64,000 bases of DNA from an uncultured delta proteobacterium (GTDB lineage Bacteria > Myxococcota > Myxococcia > Myxococcales > Myxococcaceae): contig CAWCKH010000004.1 of assembly GCA_963796055.1 (NCBI GenBank), positions 576,001 to 640,000 of the forward strand. The letters run 5' to 3'. The notes beneath the pieces were generated by a model. That model made no database searches and was not told the origin of the DNA. It saw only the letters and a list, made by a program, of their open reading frames with translations. Positions 9,540 to 18,619 of the stretch are shown piece by piece (within the stretch, counting starts at the first letter, position 1; each line of letters opens with the position of its first letter). The translations under genes were made by a program, and so were the position numbers.

Positions 9540-10144
9540 CGCCCGCTGCGCTCGCACTCGACCTTCCCGCTGGTCTGGCTTCCCTGGCAGCGCAACCAGC
9601 TCGCCCCGTACCTCCTCCCTCCAGAGCTGCCGGAGAGCGAGCTGGGCGACCTCACCGACTACGCGATGAGCTTCGTTCGCCGGAACGACGACGACCTCTT
9701 CGACACCCTGATGGACGTCAACCAGACCATCTTCGAGGAATACCGCTACGTCCCGGGGAGCACCCACCTCGGCACCACCGCCTACCAGGTGCATGCGGTG
9801 CGGCAGGGCGTGTGTCAGGACTTCGCCAACCTCTTCATCTGCATGATGCGGCTGCTCGGAGTTCCGGCCCGGTACGTGTGCGGCTACGTCTACACCGGCC
9901 CTCGCAGCTCCCCGCCGCATCCGCACGCCGAGGCCAGCCACGCCTGGGTGCAGGTCTACCTTCCCGAGGTCGGATGGGTCGGCTTCGATCCCACCAACGG
10001 AATCCTCACCCAGACCGACCACGTGCGCGTCGCCGTCGGGCGTGCCTACGCCGATGCCACCCCTCCTCGGGCACGCTCTTCGTCGGCGGCAGGGGCGAGC
10101 AGCTGGAGGTCTCGGTGTGCGTGGAGCTGGCGGACGGAGGCTGA
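9540..10144 (+). pseudogene. Transglutaminase-like protein, 5'-truncated, frameshift near 10060
   Basis: Catalytic GVCQDFA, ASHAW, GFDPTN and VAVGRAYADATP; the tail SSGTLFVGG...VELADGG is in another frame; the N-terminal domain is absent. Confidence 0.8.
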
Positions 10145-10274
10145 GGCGGGTCTGGGGATTCCCTGGTCTGGAGGCCGACGTACGCCTTTGGTACCGTAGG
10201 TCTCCCGGGAAACGGCGCGATACGTCTGTGCCATGCGGGTGCCCGGTCCCCGTTTCCGCCTGGAGTCTGCCCCG

Positions 10275-11516
10275 ATGTTCCCCCGCAACGCGGCGAGCCT
10301 GCTCTGCACGCTGTGCTGCACCGCTGCGTTCGCTCAGCCACTGACGTTCTCCATCGACGATGCGCTCGCCCGCGCCGCGGAGACCAGCCCCACGGTCCAG
10401 CGCGCCCGTCTGGAGCGCCTCTCGGTCGAGGCCGAGGCGGTCGGTGCCGGAGTGTTCTTCCCCGCCAACCCGGTGGTGACCGTCGCCGCGGGCCACCGGA
10501 GCGACGACAGCGGAGCCGTCCCTCCGGCGGCTGGAGGCGAGGTGGTGGTGCGCGTCGAGCAGCAGCTGGAGATCGGCGGCCAGCGAGGTACCCGCCTGAC
10601 CGAGGTGGAGAAGGCGGTCGAGGCCGCCCGTTCCCGGGAGCGGATCGCGCTCGCCGAGTCACGCGCCCGGGTGCGTTCCGCCTACGTGGGGGTGCTGCTC
10701 GCCCAGGAGGGGGTTCGTTTCGCCGAAGAGCGGCTCGAGCTGACCCGGCGGGTGCGGACCTCGGTCCAGGCGCGCGCAGGTCTGGGCGCCGCCGGGGACG
10801 TGGACGTGAACCTCGCCGTGGTGGAGGTGGGTCGTGCCGAGCACGAGCTCGCGGTGGCGAAGGTCGCGGTCGTCGCCGCACACCAGGCGCTTCGCAGGCT
10901 CCTCTTCCTCCCGCGCGGCCCACCGCTGGACCTGACCACCCCCCTCACGGTGCCCCCGGTACCCGTCGAGGACACCGAGGCGCTGGTCACCCAGGCGAAG
11001 AGCCGGCGGGCGGAGCTGGCCGCGCTCACCGCGAGCCGCACGCAGCTGGATGCGACGCTCGATCGGCTCTCGCGCGAGGTCATCCCCAGCCCCACGTTCT
11101 TCTTCGAGTGGGCGAGCCAGCAGCCGAAGCAGAACTACATCGGCGGCGGCATCGCCCTCCCCATCCCCATCTGGCGTCAAAACCAGGGCGAGAAGGCGCG
11201 GGCCCGCGCCGCCCAGGAGCGGATCGACGGCGAGCGGATGCTGCTGGAGCTGGAGGTGGAGTCCGAGGTGGAGGTGGCGGCCGCCGCCGCCCGCGCCCTG
11301 GTCGCCGAGGCCCAGCGCTGGGACAAGGAAGTTGCCCCGGCGGCGGCTGCCAACGCCGAGCTCATCGCCCGCGGGTGGACGGCCGGCAAGTTCGACTTCT
11401 TCCGGGTGGTCCAGTCGCTCCGCGACAACGCCGAGGCGCGGGCCCAGGGCCTGCGGCTGCTCGGGACCGCGTGGGCCGCCGTCATCGATCTCGATCGCGC
11501 AGCGGGGGCTCCATGA
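10275..11516 (+). CDS. czcC: TolC-family outer membrane efflux protein (CzcC-like)
   Basis: Signal peptide, NP motif, EQQLEIGGQRGTR, LPIPIWRQNQGE; first gene of an RND operon. Confidence 0.8.
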   Translation: MFPRNAASLLCTLCCTAAFAQPLTFSIDDALARAAETSPTVQRARLERLSVEAEAVGAGVFFPANPVVTVAAGHRSDDSGAVPPAAGGEVVVRVEQQLEIGGQRGTRLTEVEKAVEAARSRERIALAESRARVRSAYVGVLLAQEGVRFAEERLELTRRVRTSVQARAGLGAAGDVDVNLAVVEVGRAEHELAVAKVAVVAAHQALRRLLFLPRGPPLDLTTPLTVPPVPVEDTEALVTQAKSRRAELAALTASRTQLDATLDRLSREVIPSPTFFFEWASQQPKQNYIGGGIALPIPIWRQNQGEKARARAAQERIDGERMLLELEVESEVEVAAAAARALVAEAQRWDKEVAPAAAANAELIARGWTAGKFDFFRVVQSLRDNAEARAQGLRLLGTAWAAVIDLDRAAGAP

Positions 11517-12688
11517 GCAGGCGTCGAAAAGTCTTCGTCGCGGTGGCGGCGCTCCTCGTCCTCGGGGCCGTCGCCCTGGTCACCATCCGGTCCGGCCGCG
11601 CGGAGAAGGCCGCCCAGGCCGGTCCGTCACCAGCCCAGGCGACCGCCTCCACGGCGATCGCGCTGCGGCCCGAGGCCCTGGCGAAGAACCCCGTGGGCAC
11701 CGAGGCGGTGCGCAAGACCCGGCTCGCCTCGGACGTGGAGATCGTCGGGTCGGTCACCTACGACCCCAACCACCACGCGGTGGTGGGGCCGCTGGTCCCG
11801 GGCCGCGTGGCGAGGCTCCGGGCGAATCCGGGGGACACGGTGAAGGCCGGACAGGTGCTGGCCGAGATCGAGAGCGCGGAGGTGGGCGCGGCGGAGGCAG
11901 AGTACATCTCGGCGGCGGCCCGCGCTGACGCTGCCGAGCTCAACGCCAAGCGTGAGCGCGAGCTGGCGCAGCAGCGCATCTCGTCGGCCCGGGACCGGGA
12001 GATGGCCGAGGCCGACGCCACCGCCATCAGCGCCCAGCGGCGGGCCGCCGAGGAGCGGCTCCGGGCGCTGGGCATGCGCGACGCGGAGATCGAGGCCCTT
12101 CGCAAGGGGAAGGCGAGCGGTGGGCGGTTGCCGCTCCGGGCGCCGATCGCCGGCACCGTGGTGACCCGGAACGTGACGCTCGGGCAGGCGGTGGAGCGGG
12201 CGACCGACGCCTTCGAGCTGATCGAGCTCTCGCACCTCTGGGTGAACCTCGACCTCTACGAGAAGGATCTCGCCCGGGTGCAACCCGGGCAGCGAGTCCA
12301 GATTCGCACCGAGTCCTTCCCCGAGGTCCTCGATGCGCGGGTGGAGTACATCCATCCGGTCATCGACCCCACGACCCGGACGGCGGCGGTGCGGATCGAG
12401 GTGGACAACTCCGCGGGCAAGCTCCGACCAGGCCAGTTCGTCACCGCCCGCATCCTCGGTGACCCGCAGCACGCCACCGGGGAGACCCTGGCCATTCCCC
12501 GGAGGGCGGTCCTCACCCTGGACGGCAAGCCGGCGGTGTTCGTGAAGACCGACGCCGGCTTCGAGCGCAGGCTGGTGGAGCTCGGACCCTCGGGCGGAGA
12601 TCTGATCGCCGTGCGCCAGGGCCTGAAGGAAGGCGAGCTGGTCGCCACCGACGGTGCGTTCCTCCTCAAGAGCGAGCTGCAGAGGTAG
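11513..12688 (+). CDS. czcB: RND periplasmic adaptor (CzcB-like)
   Basis: ATG overlaps the czcC stop; GDTVKAGQVL, LRAPIAGTV, DPTTRT, LRPGQFV, GAFLLKSEL. Confidence 0.85.
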   Translation: MSRRRKVFVAVAALLVLGAVALVTIRSGRAEKAAQAGPSPAQATASTAIALRPEALAKNPVGTEAVRKTRLASDVEIVGSVTYDPNHHAVVGPLVPGRVARLRANPGDTVKAGQVLAEIESAEVGAAEAEYISAAARADAAELNAKRERELAQQRISSARDREMAEADATAISAQRRAAEERLRALGMRDAEIEALRKGKASGGRLPLRAPIAGTVVTRNVTLGQAVERATDAFELIELSHLWVNLDLYEKDLARVQPGQRVQIRTESFPEVLDARVEYIHPVIDPTTRTAAVRIEVDNSAGKLRPGQFVTARILGDPQHATGETLAIPRRAVLTLDGKPAVFVKTDAGFERRLVELGPSGGDLIAVRQGLKEGELVATDGAFLLKSELQR

Positions 12689-12690
12689 CC

Positions 12691-15600
12691 ATGCTGGAGA
12701 AGCTGGTCGACGTCTCCGTCCGCAACCGGGGCCTGGTGCTGGCCCTGTGGGGAATGATCGCCCTCGGAGGCTGGTGGGCCTTGGGCAAGCTGTCCATCGA
12801 CGCGGTGCCGGATACCAGCAACGTCCAGGTCTCCGTGCTCACCACCGCCCCCGGGCTCGCCCCGCTGGAGGTGGAGCAGTACATCACCCGGCCGGTGGAG
12901 ATGGCGCTCAACGGGACTCCCGGGCTGGCCGAGCTCCGATCCATCTCCCGGACCTCCATCTCCGCGGTGACGGTGGTCTTCCAGGACGGGACAGACATCT
13001 ACTTCGCCCGCCAGCTGGTGAACGAGCGGCTGAAGCAGGCCGAGGCCGAGATCCCCGCCGGGTACGGACGTCCCGAGCTGGCCCCGGTGAGCACCGGCCT
13101 CGGTGAGATCTACGGCTTCTACCTCCGCAGCAAGACCGACTCGCCCATGGAGCTGCGCACCCTCATGGACTGGGTGGTGGCCTACAAGCTGCGGACGGTG
13201 CCCGGGGTGATCGAGGTCAACGCCATGGGCGGCGACGCCAAGCAGTACCAGGTCAAGATCGATGCACGGAAGCTCGCCGCCTACCGGCTCTCGCTGCGAC
13301 AGGTGCACGAGGCGCTCGCCCGCAACAACGCCTCGCTGGGCGCCGGCTACATCGAGCGGGCCTCCGAGGCGTACGTCATCCGGGCCGATGCGCTATTCAA
13401 GCAGCCGGCGGACATCGCCTCCACGGTCATCACCACCGATGCCGACGGGACGCCGGTGCTGCTCCGCCAGGTGGCGGAGGTGACCACCGGCGCGGCGCTC
13501 CGGTTCGGCACGGTCACCAAGCTCGGCGAGGGGGAGATCGTCTCCGGCATCGTGATGATGCTCATCGGCTCGAACTCCCGGAATGTGGTGCACGCGGTGA
13601 AAGCCAAGATCGCCGAGATCCAGAAGGAGCTGCCGGAGGGGGTGGAGATCCGCCCTTACATCGACCGCGCCGAGTTCATCGACCGGATGCTGAAGACGGT
13701 GGCCATCAACCTCGGCGAGGGCGCGCTGCTGGTCGTGGCGGTGCTCTTTCTCACCCTCGGGAGCGTCCGCGGCTCCCTCATCGCCGCGCTGGCCATTCCA
13801 CTGGCGATGGCGATCGCGGTCATCGGGATGGTCCGCCTGAACGTCACCGGCAACCTCATGTCGCTCGGGGCGATCGACTACGGGCTCTTGGTCGACGGGT
13901 GCATCGTGATGCTCGAGGGGGCGCTGCTGGTGCTCGCCACCCGCCGGCCCCAGACGCACGCCGACGTCCAGCAGGCCGTCTCCGAGACGATGCAGCGCGC
14001 CGCCCGGCCGGTCACCTTCGCCCTGACCATCATCCTCCTGGTCTACCTCCCGCTGATGGCGCTGGAGGGCGTGGAGGGCCGGATGTTCCGGCCGATGGCG
14101 ATCACGGTGGCGCTGGCTCTGTTCGGCGCGCTCCTCTTCTCGCTCACCGCGTTCCCGGCGCTGGCGGCGATCTTCCTCAAGGCACCGAAGAAGGCCCACG
14201 ACCCGGACCATGGGGTCTTCGGGGCGATCGGGCGAGTGTACCGCCGGCTGCTGGATGCGTGCCTCGCCCACCGCGGCCGGGCGATGCTCGCTGCCCTCGG
14301 GGCCCTGGTGCTGACCGGATACATCGGTGCCAACCTCGGCGCGGAGTTCGTCCCCCGGCTCGAGGAGGGAGCGCTGTCGCTCGACGTCCGGCGGCTCCCC
14401 TCGGTGTCCATCTCCGAGGCCCAGCGCCTCGGGCTCCAGGTGGAGCAGGTGCTCGCCAAGTTCCCGGAGGTGACCTCGGTGGTGACCCGCACCGGCCGTG
14501 CCGAGGTGGCCACCGATCCGGTCGGTCCCGACGAGGCGGACGTGGTGGTCTCGCTCAAGCCCAAGGAGGAGTGGACGACGGCAAAGACGCTCGACCAGCT
14601 CGGCGAGGCGATCAAGCAAGCCATCGAGACCAACGTGCCCGCGACCTTCGTCTCGGTGTCCCAGCCCATCGAGGATCGGGTCAATCAGCTCCTCGCCGGC
14701 TCGAAGGCCCACGTGGTGATCAAGGTCTTCGGCGAAGACCTCACGGTGCTCAAGGCCACCGCCGACAAGATCGCCGAGGCGCTGCGAGACGTTCCCGGCC
14801 GCGGCGACCTGCGGGTGCAGCGGGTGCTCGGGCTGCCGATGCTCGAGGTGAGGCCGGACCGGCAGAGGCTGGCCCGGGTGGGCATCCCGGCCGAGGACGT
14901 GCTGAACGTGGTGGAAGCCTCGAGGGTCGGCTGGAACTCCGGCCGGGTCTTCGAGGGCTCCCGCCGCTTCGACCTGATGCTCCTCTACCCCCCCAGTTCG
15001 GCGACGCCCGAGGGGTTTGGCAATCTCCTGGTCGGCGCGCCCGGCGGGCAGCTGCTCCCCCTGGCCTCGCTGGCCGACATCCAGCCGGTGGAGGGCCCGT
15101 CGGTCATCAACCGCGAGGCGCTCCAGCGCCGGGTGCTGGTGGAGGTGAACGTGCGCGGCCGGGATCTGGTGTCTTTCGTCAAGGACGCGCAGGCCGCGGT
15201 GGCCAAGGTCCAGCTCCCGGCCGGGGTGACGCTCGACTGGGGCGGGCAGTTCGAGAACTTCCAGCGCGCCAGCGCCCGGCTGGCTCTGGTGGTCCCGATG
15301 GCCCTCTTCGTGATCTTCGGGATGCTGTTCCTGATGTTCGGCCAGATCCGGTGGGCGGTGGCGGTGTTCGCCGGAGCGCCGTTCGCGCTCATCGGTGGCG
15401 TGCTCTCGCTGGTGCTGCGGGGGCTCACCTTCTCCATCCCGGCCGCGGTGGGCTTCATCGCGGTGGCCGGCATCGCCGTGCTCAACGGCGTGGTGATGGC
15501 CAGTGAGGTGAAGCGCCGGATGGAGGAGGGGGATCCCGATCCGCTGCGCTCCGGATGCCTCACCGTGCTCCGGCCGGTGCTCACCACCGCGCTGGTGGCG

Positions 15601-15840
15601 GCGATCGGTTTCCTTCCCATGGCGCTCTCCACCAGGGCAGGGGCCGAGGTGCAGCGGCCTCTGGCCACGGTGGTCATCGGCGGAGTGCTGTCCTCCACCC
15701 TGCTGTCGCTGCTGATCCTCCCGGTGCTGCTCGACCTGCTGGTGGTGCGGCGCTCCCGCGCGGGGGAGGCGGAGGAGCAGGGTGGGTCGGCGGTCGGCGC
15801 GCCGCCGCTGCCGCCGGGGACCGAACCGGCTCCCGGATAG
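12691..15840 (+). CDS. czcA: Heavy-metal efflux RND transporter (CzcA/CusA family)
   Basis: IDAVPD, TM4 NLMSLGAIDYGLLVDGCIVMLE, MFRPMA, GAEVQRPLATVVIGG; 1049 aa. Confidence 0.92.
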   Translation: MLEKLVDVSVRNRGLVLALWGMIALGGWWALGKLSIDAVPDTSNVQVSVLTTAPGLAPLEVEQYITRPVEMALNGTPGLAELRSISRTSISAVTVVFQDGTDIYFARQLVNERLKQAEAEIPAGYGRPELAPVSTGLGEIYGFYLRSKTDSPMELRTLMDWVVAYKLRTVPGVIEVNAMGGDAKQYQVKIDARKLAAYRLSLRQVHEALARNNASLGAGYIERASEAYVIRADALFKQPADIASTVITTDADGTPVLLRQVAEVTTGAALRFGTVTKLGEGEIVSGIVMMLIGSNSRNVVHAVKAKIAEIQKELPEGVEIRPYIDRAEFIDRMLKTVAINLGEGALLVVAVLFLTLGSVRGSLIAALAIPLAMAIAVIGMVRLNVTGNLMSLGAIDYGLLVDGCIVMLEGALLVLATRRPQTHADVQQAVSETMQRAARPVTFALTIILLVYLPLMALEGVEGRMFRPMAITVALALFGALLFSLTAFPALAAIFLKAPKKAHDPDHGVFGAIGRVYRRLLDACLAHRGRAMLAALGALVLTGYIGANLGAEFVPRLEEGALSLDVRRLPSVSISEAQRLGLQVEQVLAKFPEVTSVVTRTGRAEVATDPVGPDEADVVVSLKPKEEWTTAKTLDQLGEAIKQAIETNVPATFVSVSQPIEDRVNQLLAGSKAHVVIKVFGEDLTVLKATADKIAEALRDVPGRGDLRVQRVLGLPMLEVRPDRQRLARVGIPAEDVLNVVEASRVGWNSGRVFEGSRRFDLMLLYPPSSATPEGFGNLLVGAPGGQLLPLASLADIQPVEGPSVINREALQRRVLVEVNVRGRDLVSFVKDAQAAVAKVQLPAGVTLDWGGQFENFQRASARLALVVPMALFVIFGMLFLMFGQIRWAVAVFAGAPFALIGGVLSLVLRGLTFSIPAAVGFIAVAGIAVLNGVVMASEVKRRMEEGDPDPLRSGCLTVLRPVLTTALVAAIGFLPMALSTRAGAEVQRPLATVVIGGVLSSTLLSLLILPVLLDLLVVRRSRAGEAEEQGGSAVGAPPLPPGTEPAPG

Positions 15841-15851
15841 AGTGTCCCGTC

Positions 15852-15879
15852 CCACAGCAGACGACCTGGCCTGCTGTGG
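15852..15879. terminator. Hairpin after czcA, possible terminator or mRNA stabiliser
   Basis: ccacagcag-N10-ctgctgtgg perfect 9-bp inverted repeat; no clear U-tract. Confidence 0.35.
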
Positions 15880-16014
15880 CGAGGCGAACCTTTCGTCGCG
15901 GCGACCGACGGTGCTCGCGGTGCACGGGGTGGCACCCGGGCCCGGAGCGCCGCCGCGGGGGGCGATCGAGCAGTGGACTCCGCCCTCGCCGGGGCATCCC
16001 TGAAGGTCTGCTGG

Positions 16015-17013
16015 TCAGATCCGGACGACGACCTTTCCGAGGTGTGCGCCCGAGGCGAGATGATCATACGCCGCCGCGGCCTGCTCGAAGGGGAATATCC
16101 GGTCCACCACTGGAACCAGGCGGGTGGCGGAGAGCGCGCGAACGGAGCGCTCGAACATCTCCACCGAGCCCACGTAGATGCCAGCCACGTTCAGCATCTT
16201 GTGGAAGACGGCGTGGGTGTTCACCTCCCCGCGCCTCCCGGTGAGCACCCCGAGGATGCTCATCTGGCCGCCATATCGGAGCGCGGTGACCGACTGGTCG
16301 AAGGTCCCCGGGCCGCCGACCTCGACCACCAGGTCCACGCCGCGGCCCCCGGTCCAGGCATGCGCGGCGGCTCCCCAGGCCGGGTCCGCGCGGTAGTCGA
16401 GGAGGTGGTCCGCTCCGAGCGCCTTCGCCCGGCGGCGCTTGTCCTCCGAGCTGGAAGTGAGGATGACCTGCGCCCCAGCCGCCTTGGCGAGCTGAAGGGC
16501 AAAGATGGAGACGCCCCCCGTGCCCTGGACGAGGACCACGTCGCCCGGCCGGAGCGAAGCTTGCTCGAAGAGCGCGTTCCACGCGGTGAGCCCGGCGCAG
16601 GGCAGGGTCGAGGCCTGCTCGAAGTCGAGGTGGTCGGGGATCCTGACCCAGGAGTGCTCGGGGAGGAGCACCTCCTCGGCCAGCATCCCGTCCTGGCCGC
16701 CGCCGAGCGCCTGGGCATGGTGGGCGTCCGAGAGGAGCCCGTTCACCCAGGTGGGAAAGAAGTTCGCCATCACCCGGTCGCCGACGGCCCAGCGGCGCAC
16801 CGTGGGACCGACCTCCAGCACCTCGCCTGCGCCATCCGAGAGCGGGACGATGGGGCCGGAGCGCGCCGCGCTCCCCTCGGCGATCTTGAGATCTCGGAAG
16901 TTGAGCGATGCCGCCCGCACCCGGACGCGGACGTCGGTGGGTCCGAGCGGAGGCCGCGGGCGCTCGGTGAGGACGGGGCGGGCACTGCCGGGAAGGATCT
17001 CCTGGACGCGCAT
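16015..17013 (-). CDS. NAD(P)-dependent MDR-family alcohol dehydrogenase-like oxidoreductase
   Basis: ASLNFRD, PLSDGAGEV, LPCAGLTAWNAL, GTGGVS, HLGKVVVRI. Confidence 0.9.
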   Translation of the reverse strand: MRVQEILPGSARPVLTERPRPPLGPTDVRVRVRAASLNFRDLKIAEGSAARSGPIVPLSDGAGEVLEVGPTVRRWAVGDRVMANFFPTWVNGLLSDAHHAQALGGGQDGMLAEEVLLPEHSWVRIPDHLDFEQASTLPCAGLTAWNALFEQASLRPGDVVLVQGTGGVSIFALQLAKAAGAQVILTSSSEDKRRRAKALGADHLLDYRADPAWGAAAHAWTGGRGVDLVVEVGGPGTFDQSVTALRYGGQMSILGVLTGRRGEVNTHAVFHKMLNVAGIYVGSVEMFERSVRALSATRLVPVVDRIFPFEQAAAAYDHLASGAHLGKVVVRI

Positions 17014-17050
17014 GCCCCCTGGATTAACGGCACCCGGGCCGTCGGGCGAA

Positions 17051-17431
17051 TCAGGCGTACTGCGCCTCGCCGTCGCCGAAGGACCAGTTCTCCTTCTTCA
17101 CCTCGACCAGGTTGATCACCACGTCCTGCGTCCGGATGTTGAGCCGCTGGTTCAGTCCGTCCGCGACCGCGCGGTAGAAGCGCTTCTTCAGCTCGGTCGT
17201 CCGGCCCTCGTTGAGGAAGACCTGGATCACCATGCAATCCGAACCGCGGTCGATGCCCAGGTACGTCTGGTCGAGGATCAGATTCTCCGGGCCGTGCTCG
17301 GTGATGATCTGGAACCGGTCGTTCACCGGGACGTTGAGGGTCTCGACCATCGCCTCGTAGACGACGTCCCCGATCCCTCGGCGAAAATCCACGCTCGTTC
17401 CACGCGGCAGATCGATGCGAACCAGTGGCAT
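17051..17431 (-). CDS. Tautomerase-family protein (MSAD/YusQ-like)
   Basis: Catalytic Pro1 in MPLVRIDL, DRFQII, GRTTELK, ENWSFGDGEAQY. Confidence 0.9.
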   Translation of the reverse strand: MPLVRIDLPRGTSVDFRRGIGDVVYEAMVETLNVPVNDRFQIITEHGPENLILDQTYLGIDRGSDCMVIQVFLNEGRTTELKKRFYRAVADGLNQRLNIRTQDVVINLVEVKKENWSFGDGEAQYA

Positions 17432-17535
17432 GCCCCTCAGCGTGTCCGGCGGACGGCGGCCAGGCCAGCACAGTCGAGGCAACCGTCGCCGATTCGACAG
17501 CGGCCTGGCACGGCCCGGTTCTATGTTTTCGGGGA

Positions 17536-18370
17536 ATGCAGGTTCGCACTCTCGTGCCTGACGACGTCCCCACTGCGGCGCAGCTCACCGCGGAGGCCTT
17601 CGGGGGCGGACCGCGGGAGGCACGGTTGCGGCGGTACCTGGCCCTCGAGCCCGGAGGATGGTTCGGGCTGGAGGAGGCCGGAGCGCTGCTCTCCTTCGGA
17701 GGCGTCGTCCGCTACGGCGGCTTCGCCTGGCTGGGTCTGATGGTGGTCCGCCGAGACCGGCAGCGCGAGGGGCTGGGCCGCACCATCGCCACGACCGCGA
17801 TCGCCTGGGCCGGTGCCCGCGGCTGCCACACGGTGTGCCTCATCGCCACGCCGGCGGGCGTTCCGCTCTACCAGCGCCTGGGCTTCGTGCCGGACGGCGA
17901 ATCGAGTGAGCTGATCGGGGTGCCGCAGGTTTCGCCCCCCGCCCAGGGCCCGTACACGGTGCGCCCATGGACGGCCGAGGACACGCCCGCGGCCGCCCGC
18001 TTCGACGCGCCTGCCTTCGGCGCGGACCGCTCGCAGGTGCTCTCGGCGTATGCCCGGGAGTTCGCCGGATTCCGCCTGGGTGGCCCGCGACGGCGGCGGT
18101 GCGCTGAGGGGCTTCCTGGTGATCCAGGACGACACGCTGGGACCGTGGACCGCCACCGACGAGACGGCGGCCGGCCAGCTGCTGGACGTGGGGCTCGCGG
18201 GGATCGACCGCTCGCTGAAGGCAGGGGTGCTCGACAACGTGGGGGAGCGGCTGCTGCTCGCCCGTGGGCTGGCCCGCACCCGCCCGCTCCCGCGGCTGCG
18301 CCTCGGGCCGGCCGTGGGGAAGGCCGCGAGCCCCCGGCTTCTCGCGCACGCGAGCTACGCCCTCGGGTGA
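17536..18370 (+). CDS. GNAT-family N-acetyltransferase (YitH-like, two domains), frameshift near 18064
   Basis: AWLGLMVV, RQREGLG, ATPAGVPLYQRLGF, FGADRS; the C-terminal PDSAWV...LGPW...ALG is in the next frame. Confidence 0.8.
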
Positions 18371-18619
18371 CCGGGAACTCGCGGAGCGGCTGGTCGAGTC
18401 CTTCCCACGCTCGTGATGCCGTTCCTTCGACGCCTGGCCGGGGCCCGCGAACGCCTCTGGACCGTCCCACGGGCCGGAGACGGCGTTCTGCCCGACTGAG
18501 CCCGGAAGCGCCCGGGGTCCAACGTTCCTCTACCGGGGCGGCGGACTCCGGTGCGCGGTTGCGAGTATGCTCGAGACCGGCGGGTGACCCGTGCAGGGCC
18601 CACCCCGAGAGGAGTCCCG

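Noticed and set aside
10313..11512. 400-aa N-terminal extension of the RND adaptor
   Set aside because: Overlaps czcC in another frame; the real start is ATG 11513
13393..15855. Long antisense ORFs (also 4199-6097, 21145-23091, 24272-26389, 30400-32478, 33209-35203, 55159-56994, 57876-60026)
   Set aside because: Expected mirror frames of high-GC3 genes; no independent motifs
15841..16014. Riboswitch or ncRNA after czcA
   Set aside because: Only one hairpin, located between convergent genes, with no recognisable family motif
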